From assembly GCA_944322805.1 (NCBI GenBank), contig CALUQC010000117.1, forward strand, positions 169 through 64,168: a DNA stretch of 64,000 nucleotides, in the 5' to 3' direction. Shown here piece by piece: positions 52,085-62,834 of the stretch (positions are counted from its first letter, which is position 1; each line of letters starts with the position of its first letter). This DNA is from an uncultured Bacteroidales bacterium (GTDB lineage Bacteria > Bacteroidota > Bacteroidia > Bacteroidales > UBA932). Both the position numbers and the translations under genes were made by a program. Under the pieces are notes generated by a model that had not been told where the DNA came from, made no database searches, and worked only from the letters and a program-made list of their open reading frames with translations.

Positions 52085-53452
52085 TTATTCTTCTGGTGTT
52101 TTCCCGCCATGTCCGGCGGCGAATTCATATACGGTTACATTTTCGGTATTCAGCCTTATTTTAAGCCAGTTGGTAAATCTTTCCTTTTCTTCCCTGCTGA
52201 ACGGTTTCGAAGTGAACGCACCCACCATTATCCCGTCCTTTCTCGAATAATCTCCCGCCGCGACTTCCGAGCCCCGGGCCACGAACATGGAATCTATCGA
52301 AGGATACTGGTTCACGGCCTCTTTGGTGACCTGCACATACGGTATGTCGTTTTCGTGCAGCTTCTTCAACTCTTTCCCCAACCTTTCTATTTCCGCTTCG
52401 CGCTTCGTGATTTCGCTGTCCGTACGCTCGTAGATTCCTTTCAGCAGTTCGGCTTCATCCGTCCCTTCCACTATGGCGTGCTCCTTGATGATGATTTGCT
52501 CTGGCTTCAGCCCGAACTCCTTCCCCGATTCCAGCAGGTTGTTCTTTTCGGATGCCGAAAGCGGCTCGCCCGTAAAATAGACCTCCACTTTGGAGCCGTT
52601 GCGGTGTTCGGTCTTATAGTCCAGAATGTAGCCTGAATACAAGTTCCTGTTGGCGTTTATGAATGCCGCCGCGTTCTCGTTGAACCTGTTCTCCCGTATC
52701 ATCAGGATTGCCGACCATATGCTCGGGACAATCACTATGACCGTGGCCACGGTGATGATTCTCATGGCCCTTTTGCCCTTCCTCTCGTCCTTGTATTCGA
52801 ACTGCTCGAATTTCATGTACTTGACGGTCAGGTATGTAGCTATGATGATGAAGATGCAGTTGATGGTAAAAAGGTAGAGGGCTCCGATGAAATAGCCGAG
52901 ATTGCCTTTGGCAAGGCCGAAGCCTGCCGTGCATAACGGAGGCATGAGTGCGGTGGCAATGGCGACGCCGGAGAATACGGTGCCCTTTTCTTTCCGGCAC
53001 AATTCGAAAATCCCGGCGAATCCTCCGAAAAACGCTATCAGCACGTCGTATATCGTAGGGTTGGTCCTGGCCAGCAGCTCAGTAGGATTCGACATGTTGA
53101 GCGGTGTGATGAGAAAGTACAGCAGGGATGACACGATGCTGATACCCATCATGACGAGGATATTTTTCAGGGACGACTTGAGCAGCCCCATGTCGTTTAT
53201 GCCGAGCCCGAGGCCTATGCCGAAGACAGGGCCGAGGAGAGGGGAAATCAGCATCGCACCTATGATGACCGGTATGGAATTGATGTTCAGTCCTACGGAG
53301 GCGATGATTATGGAAAAGAAAAGTATCCAGACGTTGGGTCCCTTGAAATAAATGCTGCTTCTGATATTCTTTTCAGCGGCAGCCGTATCTATGTGCTCGG
53401 ACAGATTCGCGATGGAGCTGAACTGTGCCCGTAAGTTTTTCCAAAAAGACAT
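52085..53452 (-). CDS. DUF389 domain membrane protein
   Basis: IASVGLNINS..VIIGAMLISPL, ELLART.PT, GVAIATALMPPL; start moved to MSFWK because a -7 element lies at 53478-53485. Confidence 0.88.
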   Translation of the reverse strand: MSFWKNLRAQFSSIANLSEHIDTAAAEKNIRSSIYFKGPNVWILFFSIIIASVGLNINSIPVIIGAMLISPLLGPVFGIGLGLGINDMGLLKSSLKNILVMMGISIVSSLLYFLITPLNMSNPTELLARTNPTIYDVLIAFFGGFAGIFELCRKEKGTVFSGVAIATALMPPLCTAGFGLAKGNLGYFIGALYLFTINCIFIIIATYLTVKYMKFEQFEYKDERKGKRAMRIITVATVIVIVPSIWSAILMIRENRFNENAAAFINANRNLYSGYILDYKTEHRNGSKVEVYFTGEPLSASEKNNLLESGKEFGLKPEQIIIKEHAIVEGTDEAELLKGIYERTDSEITKREAEIERLGKELKKLHENDIPYVQVTKEAVNQYPSIDSMFVARGSEVAAGDYSRKDGIMVGAFTSKPFSREEKERFTNWLKIRLNTENVTVYEFAAGHGGKTPEE

Positions 53453-53493
53453 TGCGGATTCCTGAAATTTTATCATACAAATATATGCACTTT

Positions 53494-53535
53494 AAAAATT
53501 ATATTGAAAAATTTCAAAACAGTTTCTAAATTTGC
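53494..53535 (+). promoter_or_regulatory. Promoter-forming 42-bp repeat (identical to 23391-23432)
   Basis: Exact 42-bp match; TTG-N20-TAAATTTG. Confidence 0.8.
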
Positions 53536-53562
53536 GACAATGTGCTAATTCGTTTTTTTGAG

Positions 53563-54090
53563 ATGAAAATTCTGAAAAGGATTATTGGAATATCGCTCGT
53601 TTTCCTGCTCTTGCTGCCTGCCGGCGGCTGCGATGCCTTGCGGAAGCTGGCGGGACGGCCTACGGCTGAGGAGATAGAACTGATGCGGATAGAGAAACTG
53701 AAGCAGGAGGAGGCTGTGCGGCGGCACAGGATAGATTCATTGGCCCGCGTGCAGAAGGAAAAGGAGGATTCTTTGGCCATTATGGATTCATTGGCGCAGA
53801 TAAAGGGCACGATTCTCAATCCATCTGAAATCGGGGGACTGTTTACCACAAAATTAGATTTCAGGTACTATATAGTCGTCGGCTCATTCAGAAGCAGGCA
53901 CAATGCCGAAGCCCTTTTTTCCGAAGTGTCGCAGCGGGGATATCATCCTGTCCTGATAAGTTTCAGAAACGGATTCAACGCTGTTTCCGTTTCCCCGACG
54001 AACAGTCTCGGGGAGGCTTTTTCTTCATTGAAAAAAGTCAGGACGGAGAATTTCTGTCCGGACGACGTATGGATTCTCGTAAATGAATAG
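53563..54090 (+). CDS. SPOR-domain lipoprotein
   Basis: Lipobox-like AGGC, coiled linker, YYIVVGSFRSRHNA...DVWIL SPOR motif. Confidence 0.8.
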   Translation: MKILKRIIGISLVFLLLLPAGGCDALRKLAGRPTAEEIELMRIEKLKQEEAVRRHRIDSLARVQKEKEDSLAIMDSLAQIKGTILNPSEIGGLFTTKLDFRYYIVVGSFRSRHNAEALFSEVSQRGYHPVLISFRNGFNAVSVSPTNSLGEAFSSLKKVRTENFCPDDVWILVNE

Positions 54091-55453
54091 ACGTATGGTT
54101 ATGAACAGATTTGCTGCCATGCTGCTGTCGGTGGCCCTCGGGTTTCCGGCATATGCCCAGTATGCAGGCTCCGACGCATATTCCGATTTGTACGACAGTG
54201 AAACGGTCTCGTCATTCAAAAAGCATGTATCCTATGTTACGGCCGCGGACTTCGAAGGCAGGAAAGCCGGCTCGGAAGGGGAAAAGGCCGTGGCGGAATA
54301 CGTTTATGACTGCCTGAAAGGATACGGGGTGGAGATGCTTACCGGGGCTGACGGCGAGGTTTTCGGCATTGCCCGCGTGCCTGGGGACACGCTGACTTCC
54401 CGCAATGTCTACGGATTCGTCCAGGGATATGACAAGTCCCTGAACGGACGCTACATAGTCGTGGGAGCCAGGATGGACAATCTCGGAACGAATGAAATGA
54501 CCGTGGACGGCAGGAAGGTCACGCAAATCTATTCCGGTGCCAACGGCAATGCGTCCGGAGTGGCGATGATGCTTGAACTTGCCAGGTTGGTTTCCACCAA
54601 TTCCCTGATATTCAGACGGTCCGTTATTTTCATAGGCTTCGGGGCCTCTTCCGAGACCTATGCAGGGGCCTGGTATTTCCTGAACAGGGCCTTTGCCGAT
54701 TCCGGCAGGGTGGACGCCATGGTCAATCTCGACATGCTCGGAACGGGAGCGAACGGGTTTTACGCCTATACGGCATCGAATTCCGATTTGAATTCCATAT
54801 TGTCGGAACTCTCCGGAAAGCTCCAGCCGGTATATCCCGAACTGAGGGCGGACGAGATATATCCTTCCGACCACAGGGCTTTTTATGCCCGTGAAATCCC
54901 TGCCGTACATTTTACCACTGGCCGCTATCCGGAACACAATACGCCGAGGGACACGTACTCCGTCATAGATTTCGGAATGATGGAAAAGGAACTCGAGTAT
55001 ATATACAATTTCGTGCTGGAACTTGCGAATACCGACAGGAGCATCACATTCCGGAACGAGCCGGCCCCCGTGAAGGCGGACAACATGGACGACGTGGTGG
55101 CTTACTTTGACTGCGACTACCGCCCGATGTTCCTGAACAGCGCCGATCCCCGCCAGTTCCTCGAGAAATGGGTTTACCAGTATCTGAGATATCCGGAAGA
55201 AGCCGTCATGAACGGCATCCAGGGAACTGTCCAGGTCAATTTCATCGTCGGCAAGGACGGAAAGATACGGGACGTTAACGTGACCAAGAGCGTCGATCCG
55301 CTTCTGGATGCGGAAGCCGTGAGGGTGATCAGCGCATCGCCGAAGTGGAGGCCTGGGAGGCTTCGGGGCGAGAAAGTGAATACGTCCATGACCATACCTG
55401 TGGAATTCCGCCTGGCAAAGAAAGGAGAGAAAAAACGCTTCGGTATCAGATAA
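54083..55453 (+). CDS. M28-fold (probably inactive) domain fused to TonB C-terminal domain
   Basis: GNASG, NLDMLG, SDH M28 scaffold; YPEEA..GIQGTVQVNFIV...LDAEAVRVI...W.PG TonB_C. Confidence 0.85.
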   Translation: MNRRMVMNRFAAMLLSVALGFPAYAQYAGSDAYSDLYDSETVSSFKKHVSYVTAADFEGRKAGSEGEKAVAEYVYDCLKGYGVEMLTGADGEVFGIARVPGDTLTSRNVYGFVQGYDKSLNGRYIVVGARMDNLGTNEMTVDGRKVTQIYSGANGNASGVAMMLELARLVSTNSLIFRRSVIFIGFGASSETYAGAWYFLNRAFADSGRVDAMVNLDMLGTGANGFYAYTASNSDLNSILSELSGKLQPVYPELRADEIYPSDHRAFYAREIPAVHFTTGRYPEHNTPRDTYSVIDFGMMEKELEYIYNFVLELANTDRSITFRNEPAPVKADNMDDVVAYFDCDYRPMFLNSADPRQFLEKWVYQYLRYPEEAVMNGIQGTVQVNFIVGKDGKIRDVNVTKSVDPLLDAEAVRVISASPKWRPGRLRGEKVNTSMTIPVEFRLAKKGEKKRFGIR

Positions 55454-55515
55454 CATGACTATATTTGTAGGCTCTCCGGAGCCGCGGCGAACGGACATAA
55501 TTGAAAAAACACCAT

Positions 55516-58281
55516 ATGGATTACGATTTCAGGAAGATAGAAAAGAAATGGCAGGCCTACTGGGCCGGACACCATACTTTCAGGGTGACGGAAGATGATT
55601 CAAAGCCTAAATACTATGTACTGGACATGTTTCCCTATCCTTCGGGAGCCGGGCTGCATGTAGGTCATCCTCTCGGATACATTGCGAGCGACATTTACAG
55701 CAGGTATAAAAGACTTTGCGGTTTCAATGTCCTGCATCCCATGGGCTATGATGCATTCGGTCTTCCGGCCGAGCAGTATGCCATCCAGACGGGGCAGCAT
55801 CCTGCCGTGACTACGGCAAACAATATCGCCCGGTACCGCCAGCAGCTCGACAGGATAGGTTTTTCATTCGACTGGTCGAGAGAGGTCAGGACCTGTGATC
55901 CTGCATATTACAAGTGGACGCAGTGGGCGTTCCTGAAAATGTTCGATTCCTATTATGACAATGCGCGGCAGTCTGCAAGACCGATTTCCGAGCTTGTGGC
56001 CGCTTTCGGGAACAACGGCACGGAAGGCGTGGATGCAGCCTGCGGCGAGGAGATGTCATTTACAGCCGGGCAGTGGAAGGCGATGTCGGAAAAGGAAAAG
56101 GCGGATGTTCTGATGAATTACAGGATTGCCTACCAGGGAGTGACATCGGTGAACTGGTGTCCGAAACTCGGTACGGTGCTGGCCAATGACGAGGTGAAGG
56201 AAGGCTATTCGGTCCGCGGAGGCTATCCTGTGGAGCAGAAGAAAATGACCCAGTGGCAGCTGAGGGTTTCCGCCTATGCCGGAAGGCTGCTCGATGATCT
56301 CGAAGATCTTGAATGGACAGATTCCCTGAAGGACATGCAGAGGAACTGGATAGGCCGCTCCCATGGTGCGGAAATCGTGTTCAAGGCATACAACGGGGAC
56401 AAGGAATACGATATCACCATATTCACGACACGTGCGGATACGGTTTTCGGCGTGACTTTCATGGTGCTGGCTCCTGAAAGCGACTGGGTGGAAAAACTTA
56501 CGTCGCCGCAGCAGAAAGCCGCTGTGGAAGAATACCTTGCGATGGCCAAAAAGAAGACTGAGAGGGAAAGGATAGCGGAGACCCGGAAGGTGACGGGAGT
56601 GTTCTCCGGCTCATATGCCGTCAATCCGCTTACCGGACAGAAAGTGCCCGTGTGGATTTCGGAATACGTGCTGGCCGGGTACGGGACCGGAGCCATCATG
56701 GCCGTTCCTGCGCATGACAGCAGGGACTATGCGTTCGCCAGGACATTCGACCTCCCGATTGTGCCGCTTATCGAAGGATGCGACGTGTCGGAAAGCAGTT
56801 TCGATGCGAAGGACGGCATCATGTGCAATTCCGGTTTCCTGAACGGAATGACGGTGAAAGAGGCCATACCTGCCGCCATTGAATATGTCGAAAAGACCGG
56901 TATCGGCCACAGAAAGGTGAATTACAGGCTCAGGGATGCGATATTTTCCCGCCAGAGATACTGGGGAGAGCCGTTCCCTGTCTACTTCAAGGACGGTATC
57001 GCTACTCCGATGCCTTTTGAAAAGCTGCCTCTCGAACTGCCTGAAATAGACAAATATCTGCCTACGGAGTCGGGAGAGCCGCCTCTCGGAAGGGCTGAAA
57101 ACTGGACTTATGAGGGATGGCCCATCGAGAAAAGCACTATGCCTGGATTTGCCGGCAGCAGCGCATATTATCTGAGATACATGGATCCGCACAACGATTC
57201 CGCCCTGGTCAGCGAGAAGGCGGACAAATACTGGCGGAACGTGGATCTTTACGTGGGAGGGACCGAGCATGCTACCGGGCATCTGATATATTCCCGTTTC
57301 TGGAACAAGTTCCTGTACGACCTGGGATACGTGTGCGAAAAGGAGCCTTTCAAGAAGCTGATAAACCAGGGAATGATTCAGGGCCGGTCGAATTTCGTGT
57401 ACAGGATTATCAATACAAACACTTTCGTATCGTACGGCCTGAAGGATGAATATGAAACTACCGAGATACATGTGGATGTGAATATCGTCCACAACGACAG
57501 GCTCGATATCGAGGCATTCCGGAAATGGATGCCGGACTACGCCGATGCCGAATTCATCCTTGAAAACGGGGAGTACGTCTGCGGGTACGGCATAGAGAAA
57601 ATGAGCAAGTCGATGTTCAACGTGGTGAATCCGGACATGATATGCGACACGTACGGCGCCGATACGCTCAGGCTTTATGAAATGTTCCTCGGTCCGGTGG
57701 AGCAGTCCAAACCGTGGGACACGAAAGGGATAGACGGAGTGAACAGATTCCTGAAGAGATTCTGGCGCCTGTTCTATGACAGGGACGGCTTCATCGTCAC
57801 GGATGAAAAGGCTTCTCCGGAGGAATTGAAGACGCTGCATAAACTTATCGGCAAGGAGAAGGCTGACATAGAGGCGTTCTCATTCAATACTACGGTGAGC
57901 GCCTTCATGATAGCCGTCAACGAACTGTATGAGCAGAAGTGCAACAAGAGGGAGATTCTCGAGCCGCTCGTGATACTGCTTTCACCGTTCGCCCCGCACA
58001 TATCGGAGGAACTCTGGGAAGCCCTCGGCCACAAGGAAAGCATTTCCTTTGCGACTTTCCCTGAATATGTGGAAGCATATACCGTGGACAATACCTGCAC
58101 ATACGCTGTATCGTTCAACGGTAAGACGCGTTTCACCGTGGAACTGCCCAAGAGCATGTCCCGCGAAGATGTCGAGGCTCATGTCAGGTCACACCCTTCG
58201 ACCGCCAAATACGTGGGAGACTCGTCTATCGTCAAGGTGATAGTGGTGCCCGGCAAAATCGTGAACATAGTGATACGCTGA
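55516..58281 (+). CDS. leuS: Leucine--tRNA ligase
   Basis: [27 protein letters not shown] editing motif, KMSKS. Confidence 0.98.
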   Translation: MDYDFRKIEKKWQAYWAGHHTFRVTEDDSKPKYYVLDMFPYPSGAGLHVGHPLGYIASDIYSRYKRLCGFNVLHPMGYDAFGLPAEQYAIQTGQHPAVTTANNIARYRQQLDRIGFSFDWSREVRTCDPAYYKWTQWAFLKMFDSYYDNARQSARPISELVAAFGNNGTEGVDAACGEEMSFTAGQWKAMSEKEKADVLMNYRIAYQGVTSVNWCPKLGTVLANDEVKEGYSVRGGYPVEQKKMTQWQLRVSAYAGRLLDDLEDLEWTDSLKDMQRNWIGRSHGAEIVFKAYNGDKEYDITIFTTRADTVFGVTFMVLAPESDWVEKLTSPQQKAAVEEYLAMAKKKTERERIAETRKVTGVFSGSYAVNPLTGQKVPVWISEYVLAGYGTGAIMAVPAHDSRDYAFARTFDLPIVPLIEGCDVSESSFDAKDGIMCNSGFLNGMTVKEAIPAAIEYVEKTGIGHRKVNYRLRDAIFSRQRYWGEPFPVYFKDGIATPMPFEKLPLELPEIDKYLPTESGEPPLGRAENWTYEGWPIEKSTMPGFAGSSAYYLRYMDPHNDSALVSEKADKYWRNVDLYVGGTEHATGHLIYSRFWNKFLYDLGYVCEKEPFKKLINQGMIQGRSNFVYRIINTNTFVSYGLKDEYETTEIHVDVNIVHNDRLDIEAFRKWMPDYADAEFILENGEYVCGYGIEKMSKSMFNVVNPDMICDTYGADTLRLYEMFLGPVEQSKPWDTKGIDGVNRFLKRFWRLFYDRDGFIVTDEKASPEELKTLHKLIGKEKADIEAFSFNTTVSAFMIAVNELYEQKCNKREILEPLVILLSPFAPHISEELWEALGHKESISFATFPEYVEAYTVDNTCTYAVSFNGKTRFTVELPKSMSREDVEAHVRSHPSTAKYVGDSSIVKVIVVPGKIVNIVIR

Positions 58282-58288
58282 TATAGTC

Positions 58289-59227
58289 ATGTTGTCTGCA
58301 AAACGTATTTTATCCGCAGTGTGGGATTATGGTCTCGTGACTGTCGGTACCATACTCTATTGTTTGGGTTGGACATCGTTTCTGATACCTAACGGCATTG
58401 CCAGCGGCGGTGGCACGGGTCTGTGCACCATCGTGTATTTTGCCACCGGCATACCCGTATCGTATTCTTTCTTCGTGCTCAATGCCCTGCTCCTGATTCT
58501 CGGCTTCCTGCTTTTGGGAAAGGGTTTTGGATTCAAGACCATTTATGTAATCCTGCTTTCCACGGTGCTGTTCAAGGTGCTGCCTGAGTTCGACTCCCTG
58601 GTGGCGCATTTCGACGAAAGGCTCGTTGTGGCCGTAGTGGGAGGCATAGTCGAGGCCTGCGGCATCGGGCTTGTGCTTCTGCGGGGAGGAAGTTCCGGAG
58701 GGACGGACATTGCCGCCATGATTATCAACAAATATTATCCGGTATCTCCGGGAAAGGTCTACCTGTATTCCGACCTTTTCATCGTAGCTTCCGTCCTGCT
58801 CATTCCGGGCAAGACTGTCGAGGACATGATTTACGGATATGCCACCATGGTCACCTTTTCATTTATGATAGACGCCCTCCTGCTCGGACGCAAGTCCTCG
58901 GTACAGATACTCGTCTTTTCTTCGAAGTACAGGGAAGTGGCGGATTTTATCATAAATGAGATGGACAGAGGAGTGACCGCCATCTATGCCCAGGGATGGT
59001 ACACCAAGGAGGACAGCAAGGTGCTGCTGATAGTTGCCCGCAAAACCCAGCTTCATCAGATTACCGGCGCCATAAAGTCCATCGATTCCAAGGCTTTCGT
59101 TTCCGTTTCCGCCGCTACGAGCGTATATGGAGAGGGCTTCGAGGAAATCAAGACAGGTCTGAAATTGAACAACAATAAACAGAAATCCGATGACAGTATT
59201 GAAAAAAACAGTCTGGACGACGATTAA
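58289..59227 (+). CDS. YitT family membrane protein
   Basis: GGSSGGTDI, RGVT, GWYT, DSKAFVSV...VYGEGF. Confidence 0.92.
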   Translation: MLSAKRILSAVWDYGLVTVGTILYCLGWTSFLIPNGIASGGGTGLCTIVYFATGIPVSYSFFVLNALLLILGFLLLGKGFGFKTIYVILLSTVLFKVLPEFDSLVAHFDERLVVAVVGGIVEACGIGLVLLRGGSSGGTDIAAMIINKYYPVSPGKVYLYSDLFIVASVLLIPGKTVEDMIYGYATMVTFSFMIDALLLGRKSSVQILVFSSKYREVADFIINEMDRGVTAIYAQGWYTKEDSKVLLIVARKTQLHQITGAIKSIDSKAFVSVSAATSVYGEGFEEIKTGLKLNNNKQKSDDSIEKNSLDDD

Positions 59228-60173
59228 GGAATACGCCCTGATTTCCCTCGGGCTTCTTTGCTATGTCGCCGGATGGTCGGTTTTCCTGATTCCGAACAAT
59301 CTTATCGGAGGCGGTGTTTCCGGTATAAGTGCCATCGTGTACTATGCCGTAGGACTTCCCATGGGTTATACTTATCTGTTCGTGAATTTAGTGTTGCTGC
59401 TGCTGGCATTCAAGGTCATGGGCACCGGATTCGGAGGCAAGACCATCTACGCCATCGTCTTCACGTCAGTGCTCCTGAACATTCTGCCTCCGCTGATTCC
59501 GGAGTCGATATCCCAGGAACTTGCGGTATCGAACGGGAAAATGCTGTGTACCATTATCGGCGGAGTGATGACCGGAGTGGGCATCGGCATGTCCATTTCC
59601 CAGGGAGGAAGTTCCGGAGGCACCGACATCATCGCACTGATGGTGGCGAAATACCGCAACGTATCCCCGGGAAGGCTGATTCTGCTGATGGATGTGGTCA
59701 TAATATTGTCCTCCATGGTTTTCCCTTCGTACTATGTCGGGACCGAAACCGTCATTCCGTTCTCCGAAAAACTGGCGACGTCGATTTACGGTCTCATACT
59801 CATTACGGTAAACGGATATACCATAGACATTTTCCTGTCCGGTACCAAACAGTCTGTCCAGGTCTTCATCTTTTCCAAGAAATATGCTGAAATAGCGGAT
59901 GCCGTGACGCAGAACATGGGGAGAGGGGTGACGCGTATCCAGGCGGAAGGCTGGTACACCAAGTCCGAGAGCGATATCCTGATGATTCTGGCCAGAAAGA
60001 CGGACCTGAATCTGCTGATGAAGTATGTGAAGGCTATCGACCCGAAGGCATTCATTTCCGTATCCAATGTCATGGGAGTCTACGGCCTGGGATTCGATAC
60101 GCTCAAGGGAGGCAGCGCCCGGAGAGACAGAAAAACAGGCAAACCGTCAGACAAAAAACAAAAAAACAGTTAA
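59190..60173 (+). CDS. YitT family membrane protein (tandem paralog)
   Basis: GGSSGGTDI, RGVT, GWYT, DPKAFISV...VYGLGF. Confidence 0.92.
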   Translation: MTVLKKTVWTTIKEYALISLGLLCYVAGWSVFLIPNNLIGGGVSGISAIVYYAVGLPMGYTYLFVNLVLLLLAFKVMGTGFGGKTIYAIVFTSVLLNILPPLIPESISQELAVSNGKMLCTIIGGVMTGVGIGMSISQGGSSGGTDIIALMVAKYRNVSPGRLILLMDVVIILSSMVFPSYYVGTETVIPFSEKLATSIYGLILITVNGYTIDIFLSGTKQSVQVFIFSKKYAEIADAVTQNMGRGVTRIQAEGWYTKSESDILMILARKTDLNLLMKYVKAIDPKAFISVSNVMGVYGLGFDTLKGGSARRDRKTGKPSDKKQKNS

Positions 60174-60215
60174 AAAAGAGAAATTTTAATATAAAAAGAT
60201 AAAAATCTGCACCGG

Positions 60216-60245
60216 CCTCTCTCCGAAATTGTCTTCCGAGAGAGG
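60216..60245 (+). terminator. Probable terminator after leuS-yitT-yitT
   Basis: CCTCTCTC...GAGAGAGG stem followed by TTATTTT. Confidence 0.55.
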
Positions 60246-60357
60246 TTATTTTGTATTTTTGCAGCTCCATAAAGTTATTCGTTCTGTTTCAGGACACTGA
60301 TAACTGATAACCGATATCTGGACTTGAATTGAATCCAAACTGATTAACTGTTATTGT

Positions 60358-61077
60358 ATGAAAACTATTCTTCTGCTCGTTTCGGGCCTTTTTGTCTTGA
60401 GCGCGGCAGTATTGTGCCTTGTCATGGCCAAGGGAAAACCGCATGAAGCGAAGCAAGGGAAAAAATCGTCGGGGAAAATATCTGTCAAACAGGTATCGCG
60501 GGAGCAAAGCAGCAATACCGATTTTTCCATTGAAAATATCTATGTCAGGCTGCAAAGCTATTTCGAGAATGAAAGGCCTTATCTGGACAGCAATCTGACC
60601 ATTTCCGATGTCGCGAAACGGCTGTACACGAACAAGGCGTATGTTTCCAAGGCCGTGAACAGACATGCGGGACTGAACTTCTGCCAGTATGTGAACAGGT
60701 ACAGGGTGTTCCATGCAATGAAGCTCCTCAAGAAAGAGCCCGGGCTGAGGGTGACGGAACTTGCCCACTTGTCGGGATTCAATTCGACGGCTTCCATAAA
60801 TATTTCGTTCAGGGCATTCGCGCATACTACTCCGGGATGCTTGAGCAGGACCGCAAGACGGGTGTCTGCCCTTGAAATTCCGGCCGGAAACGGGAATCCT
60901 GAGGCGAGCCCCGATGTTAACCCTTTGCCGGGCTCTGAGATGAACTTTGAAATGAGTCCCGTGGCGGAGCCCGGGGCAGGCTCCGTGGTGAGTCCCGATG
61001 TTAACCCTTTGCCGGACTCCGAGATAAGCCCTGAAATGAGCCCCGTGATGAATTCCGGAATGAAGAATCCGGCATAG
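60358..61077 (+). CDS. AraC family HTH regulator with N-terminal TM and repetitive C-tail
   Basis: PYLDSNLTISDVAKRL.TN..YVS, NF..YVNRYRV, SGFNS. Confidence 0.8.
   Translation: MKTILLLVSGLFVLSAAVLCLVMAKGKPHEAKQGKKSSGKISVKQVSREQSSNTDFSIENIYVRLQSYFENERPYLDSNLTISDVAKRLYTNKAYVSKAVNRHAGLNFCQYVNRYRVFHAMKLLKKEPGLRVTELAHLSGFNSTASINISFRAFAHTTPGCLSRTARRVSALEIPAGNGNPEASPDVNPLPGSEMNFEMSPVAEPGAGSVVSPDVNPLPDSEISPEMSPVMNSGMKNPA
60906..61047 (+). repeat. Two imperfect 58-bp direct repeats, 84-bp period, inside the AraC gene
   Basis: Encode SPDVNPLPGSEMNFEMSPV and SPDVNPLPDSEISPEMSPV. Confidence 0.85.
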
Positions 61078-61109
61078 TTTGTATCGGCAGATCCTTTTTC
61101 GTATTTTTG
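61078..61109 (+). promoter_or_regulatory. ettA promoter (TTTG-N20-TATTTTTG)
   Basis: Canonical Bacteroidetes -33/-7; palindrome AGAAACAGTTTCT at 61123-61135 in the leader. Confidence 0.65.
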
Positions 61110-61142
61110 TGCGCTGACAGTAAGAAACAGTTTCTAAATGCC

Positions 61143-62819
61143 ATGGCAGACGAAAAAGTAATATTTTCAATGAACGGGGTGGGAAAGATCCTGCCTCACA
61201 ACAACAAGGTAATCCTTAAAGACATTTATCTGTCGTTTTTTTACGGTGCCAAGATCGGCATCATTGGTCTGAACGGCTCCGGAAAATCCACATTGATGAA
61301 AATCATAGCCGGAGTGGAAAAATCATATCAGGGAGAAGTCGTCTGGGCTCCAGGCTACTCTGTCGGATATCTCGAGCAGGAGCCGCAGATGGACCCGGAC
61401 AAGACTGTGCTCGAGGTCGTCCAGGAGGGAGTGCAGGAGGTGATGGACCTGCTGAAAGAGTACGAGGAGGTCAATATGAAATTCGCCGAGCCCATGAGCG
61501 ACGAGGAGATGGCGGCGCTGATAGAGAGACAGGGCGAGCTGACCGAAAAGATAGAGCATTGCGAAGGCTGGGAGATAGATGCCAAGCTGGAACGCGCCAT
61601 GGATGCGTTGCAATGTCCTCCTCCGGATTCCAGGATTGAAAATCTCAGCGGAGGAGAGCGCAGGCGTGTGGCATTGTGCCGCCTGCTGCTCCGCCAGCCT
61701 GACGTCCTCCTGCTCGATGAGCCGACGAACCACCTTGATACGGAAAGCATACAGTGGCTGGAGGCGCATCTGCACCAGTATAAGGGTACAGTTATCGCCG
61801 TAACGCATGACAGGTATTTCCTCGACAATGTCGCCGGCTGGATTCTCGAACTGGACAGGGGAGAGGGCATCCCGTGGAAAGGGAACTATTCTTCCTGGCT
61901 CGAGCAGAAAAGCCGCCGTCTGGAGATGGAGGAGAAGCAGGAAAGCAAGCGGAGAAAGACTCTCGAACGGGAACTCGAATGGGTCAGAATGGCTCCGAAG
62001 GCCCGGCAGGCAAAATCCAAGGCCAGGCTCGGCGCATATGAAAAACTTGCCGGACAGGATGCCCGGGAGAAGGAGGCTTCGCTGGAAATCTTTATCCCGA
62101 ACGGTCCGAGACTCGGAAACAAGGTCATCAGTTTCAACGACGTATCCAAATCTTACGGCGACAGGATATTGTTTGAACATCTGAGCTTCGTCCTGCCTCC
62201 TGCCGGAATAGTGGGAGTGATAGGGCCGAACGGAGCTGGCAAGACCACGCTTTTCAGGCTTGTCATGGGATACGAAAAGCCGGATTCAGGCACTATTGAA
62301 ATAGGGGAGACCGTGAAGTTGTCCTATGTGGACCAGCAGCATCGCAGCATAGATCCGGACAAGACGGTGTACGAGACCATTGCGGGAGATTCCGATTTCG
62401 TGAAACTCGGTAAGCGCGAGGTGAATGCGAGGGCATACGTGTCCCGTTTCAATTTTTCCGGAGCCGACCAGGAAAAACTCTGCGGAGTCCTTTCCGGAGG
62501 TGAAAGGAACCGTCTGCATCTGGCCCTTACGTTGAAGGATGAAGGGAATGTCCTGCTTCTCGACGAGCCTACCAATGATGTGGACGTGAATACTATCCGG
62601 GCTTTGGAGGAGGGCCTGGAGAATTTTGCAGGCTGTGCGGTGGTCGTTTCTCACGACAGATGGTTTCTCGACCGTATCGCCACCCATATCCTTGCCTTCG
62701 AGGGTGATTCACAGGTTTATTTCTTCGAGGGCTCTTATTCGGAATACGAGGAGAACAGGAAAATGCGTCTCGGAAACGATACTCCTCACCGTTTCAAGTA
62801 CAAGAAGTTGGTGGAATAG
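61143..62819 (+). CDS. ettA: Energy-dependent translational throttle protein (ABC-F)
   Basis: LSFFYGAKIG, two ABC domains, PKARQAKSKAR linker, IFIPNGPRLG. Confidence 0.96.
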   Translation: MADEKVIFSMNGVGKILPHNNKVILKDIYLSFFYGAKIGIIGLNGSGKSTLMKIIAGVEKSYQGEVVWAPGYSVGYLEQEPQMDPDKTVLEVVQEGVQEVMDLLKEYEEVNMKFAEPMSDEEMAALIERQGELTEKIEHCEGWEIDAKLERAMDALQCPPPDSRIENLSGGERRRVALCRLLLRQPDVLLLDEPTNHLDTESIQWLEAHLHQYKGTVIAVTHDRYFLDNVAGWILELDRGEGIPWKGNYSSWLEQKSRRLEMEEKQESKRRKTLERELEWVRMAPKARQAKSKARLGAYEKLAGQDAREKEASLEIFIPNGPRLGNKVISFNDVSKSYGDRILFEHLSFVLPPAGIVGVIGPNGAGKTTLFRLVMGYEKPDSGTIEIGETVKLSYVDQQHRSIDPDKTVYETIAGDSDFVKLGKREVNARAYVSRFNFSGADQEKLCGVLSGGERNRLHLALTLKDEGNVLLLDEPTNDVDVNTIRALEEGLENFAGCAVVVSHDRWFLDRIATHILAFEGDSQVYFFEGSYSEYEENRKMRLGNDTPHRFKYKKLVE

Positions 62820-62834
62820 GGATAAATCCATAAA

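Noticed and set aside
60906-61047. Two-repeat CRISPR array
   Set aside because: Repeats are 58 bp, imperfect, in frame inside a CDS and have no cas genes nearby
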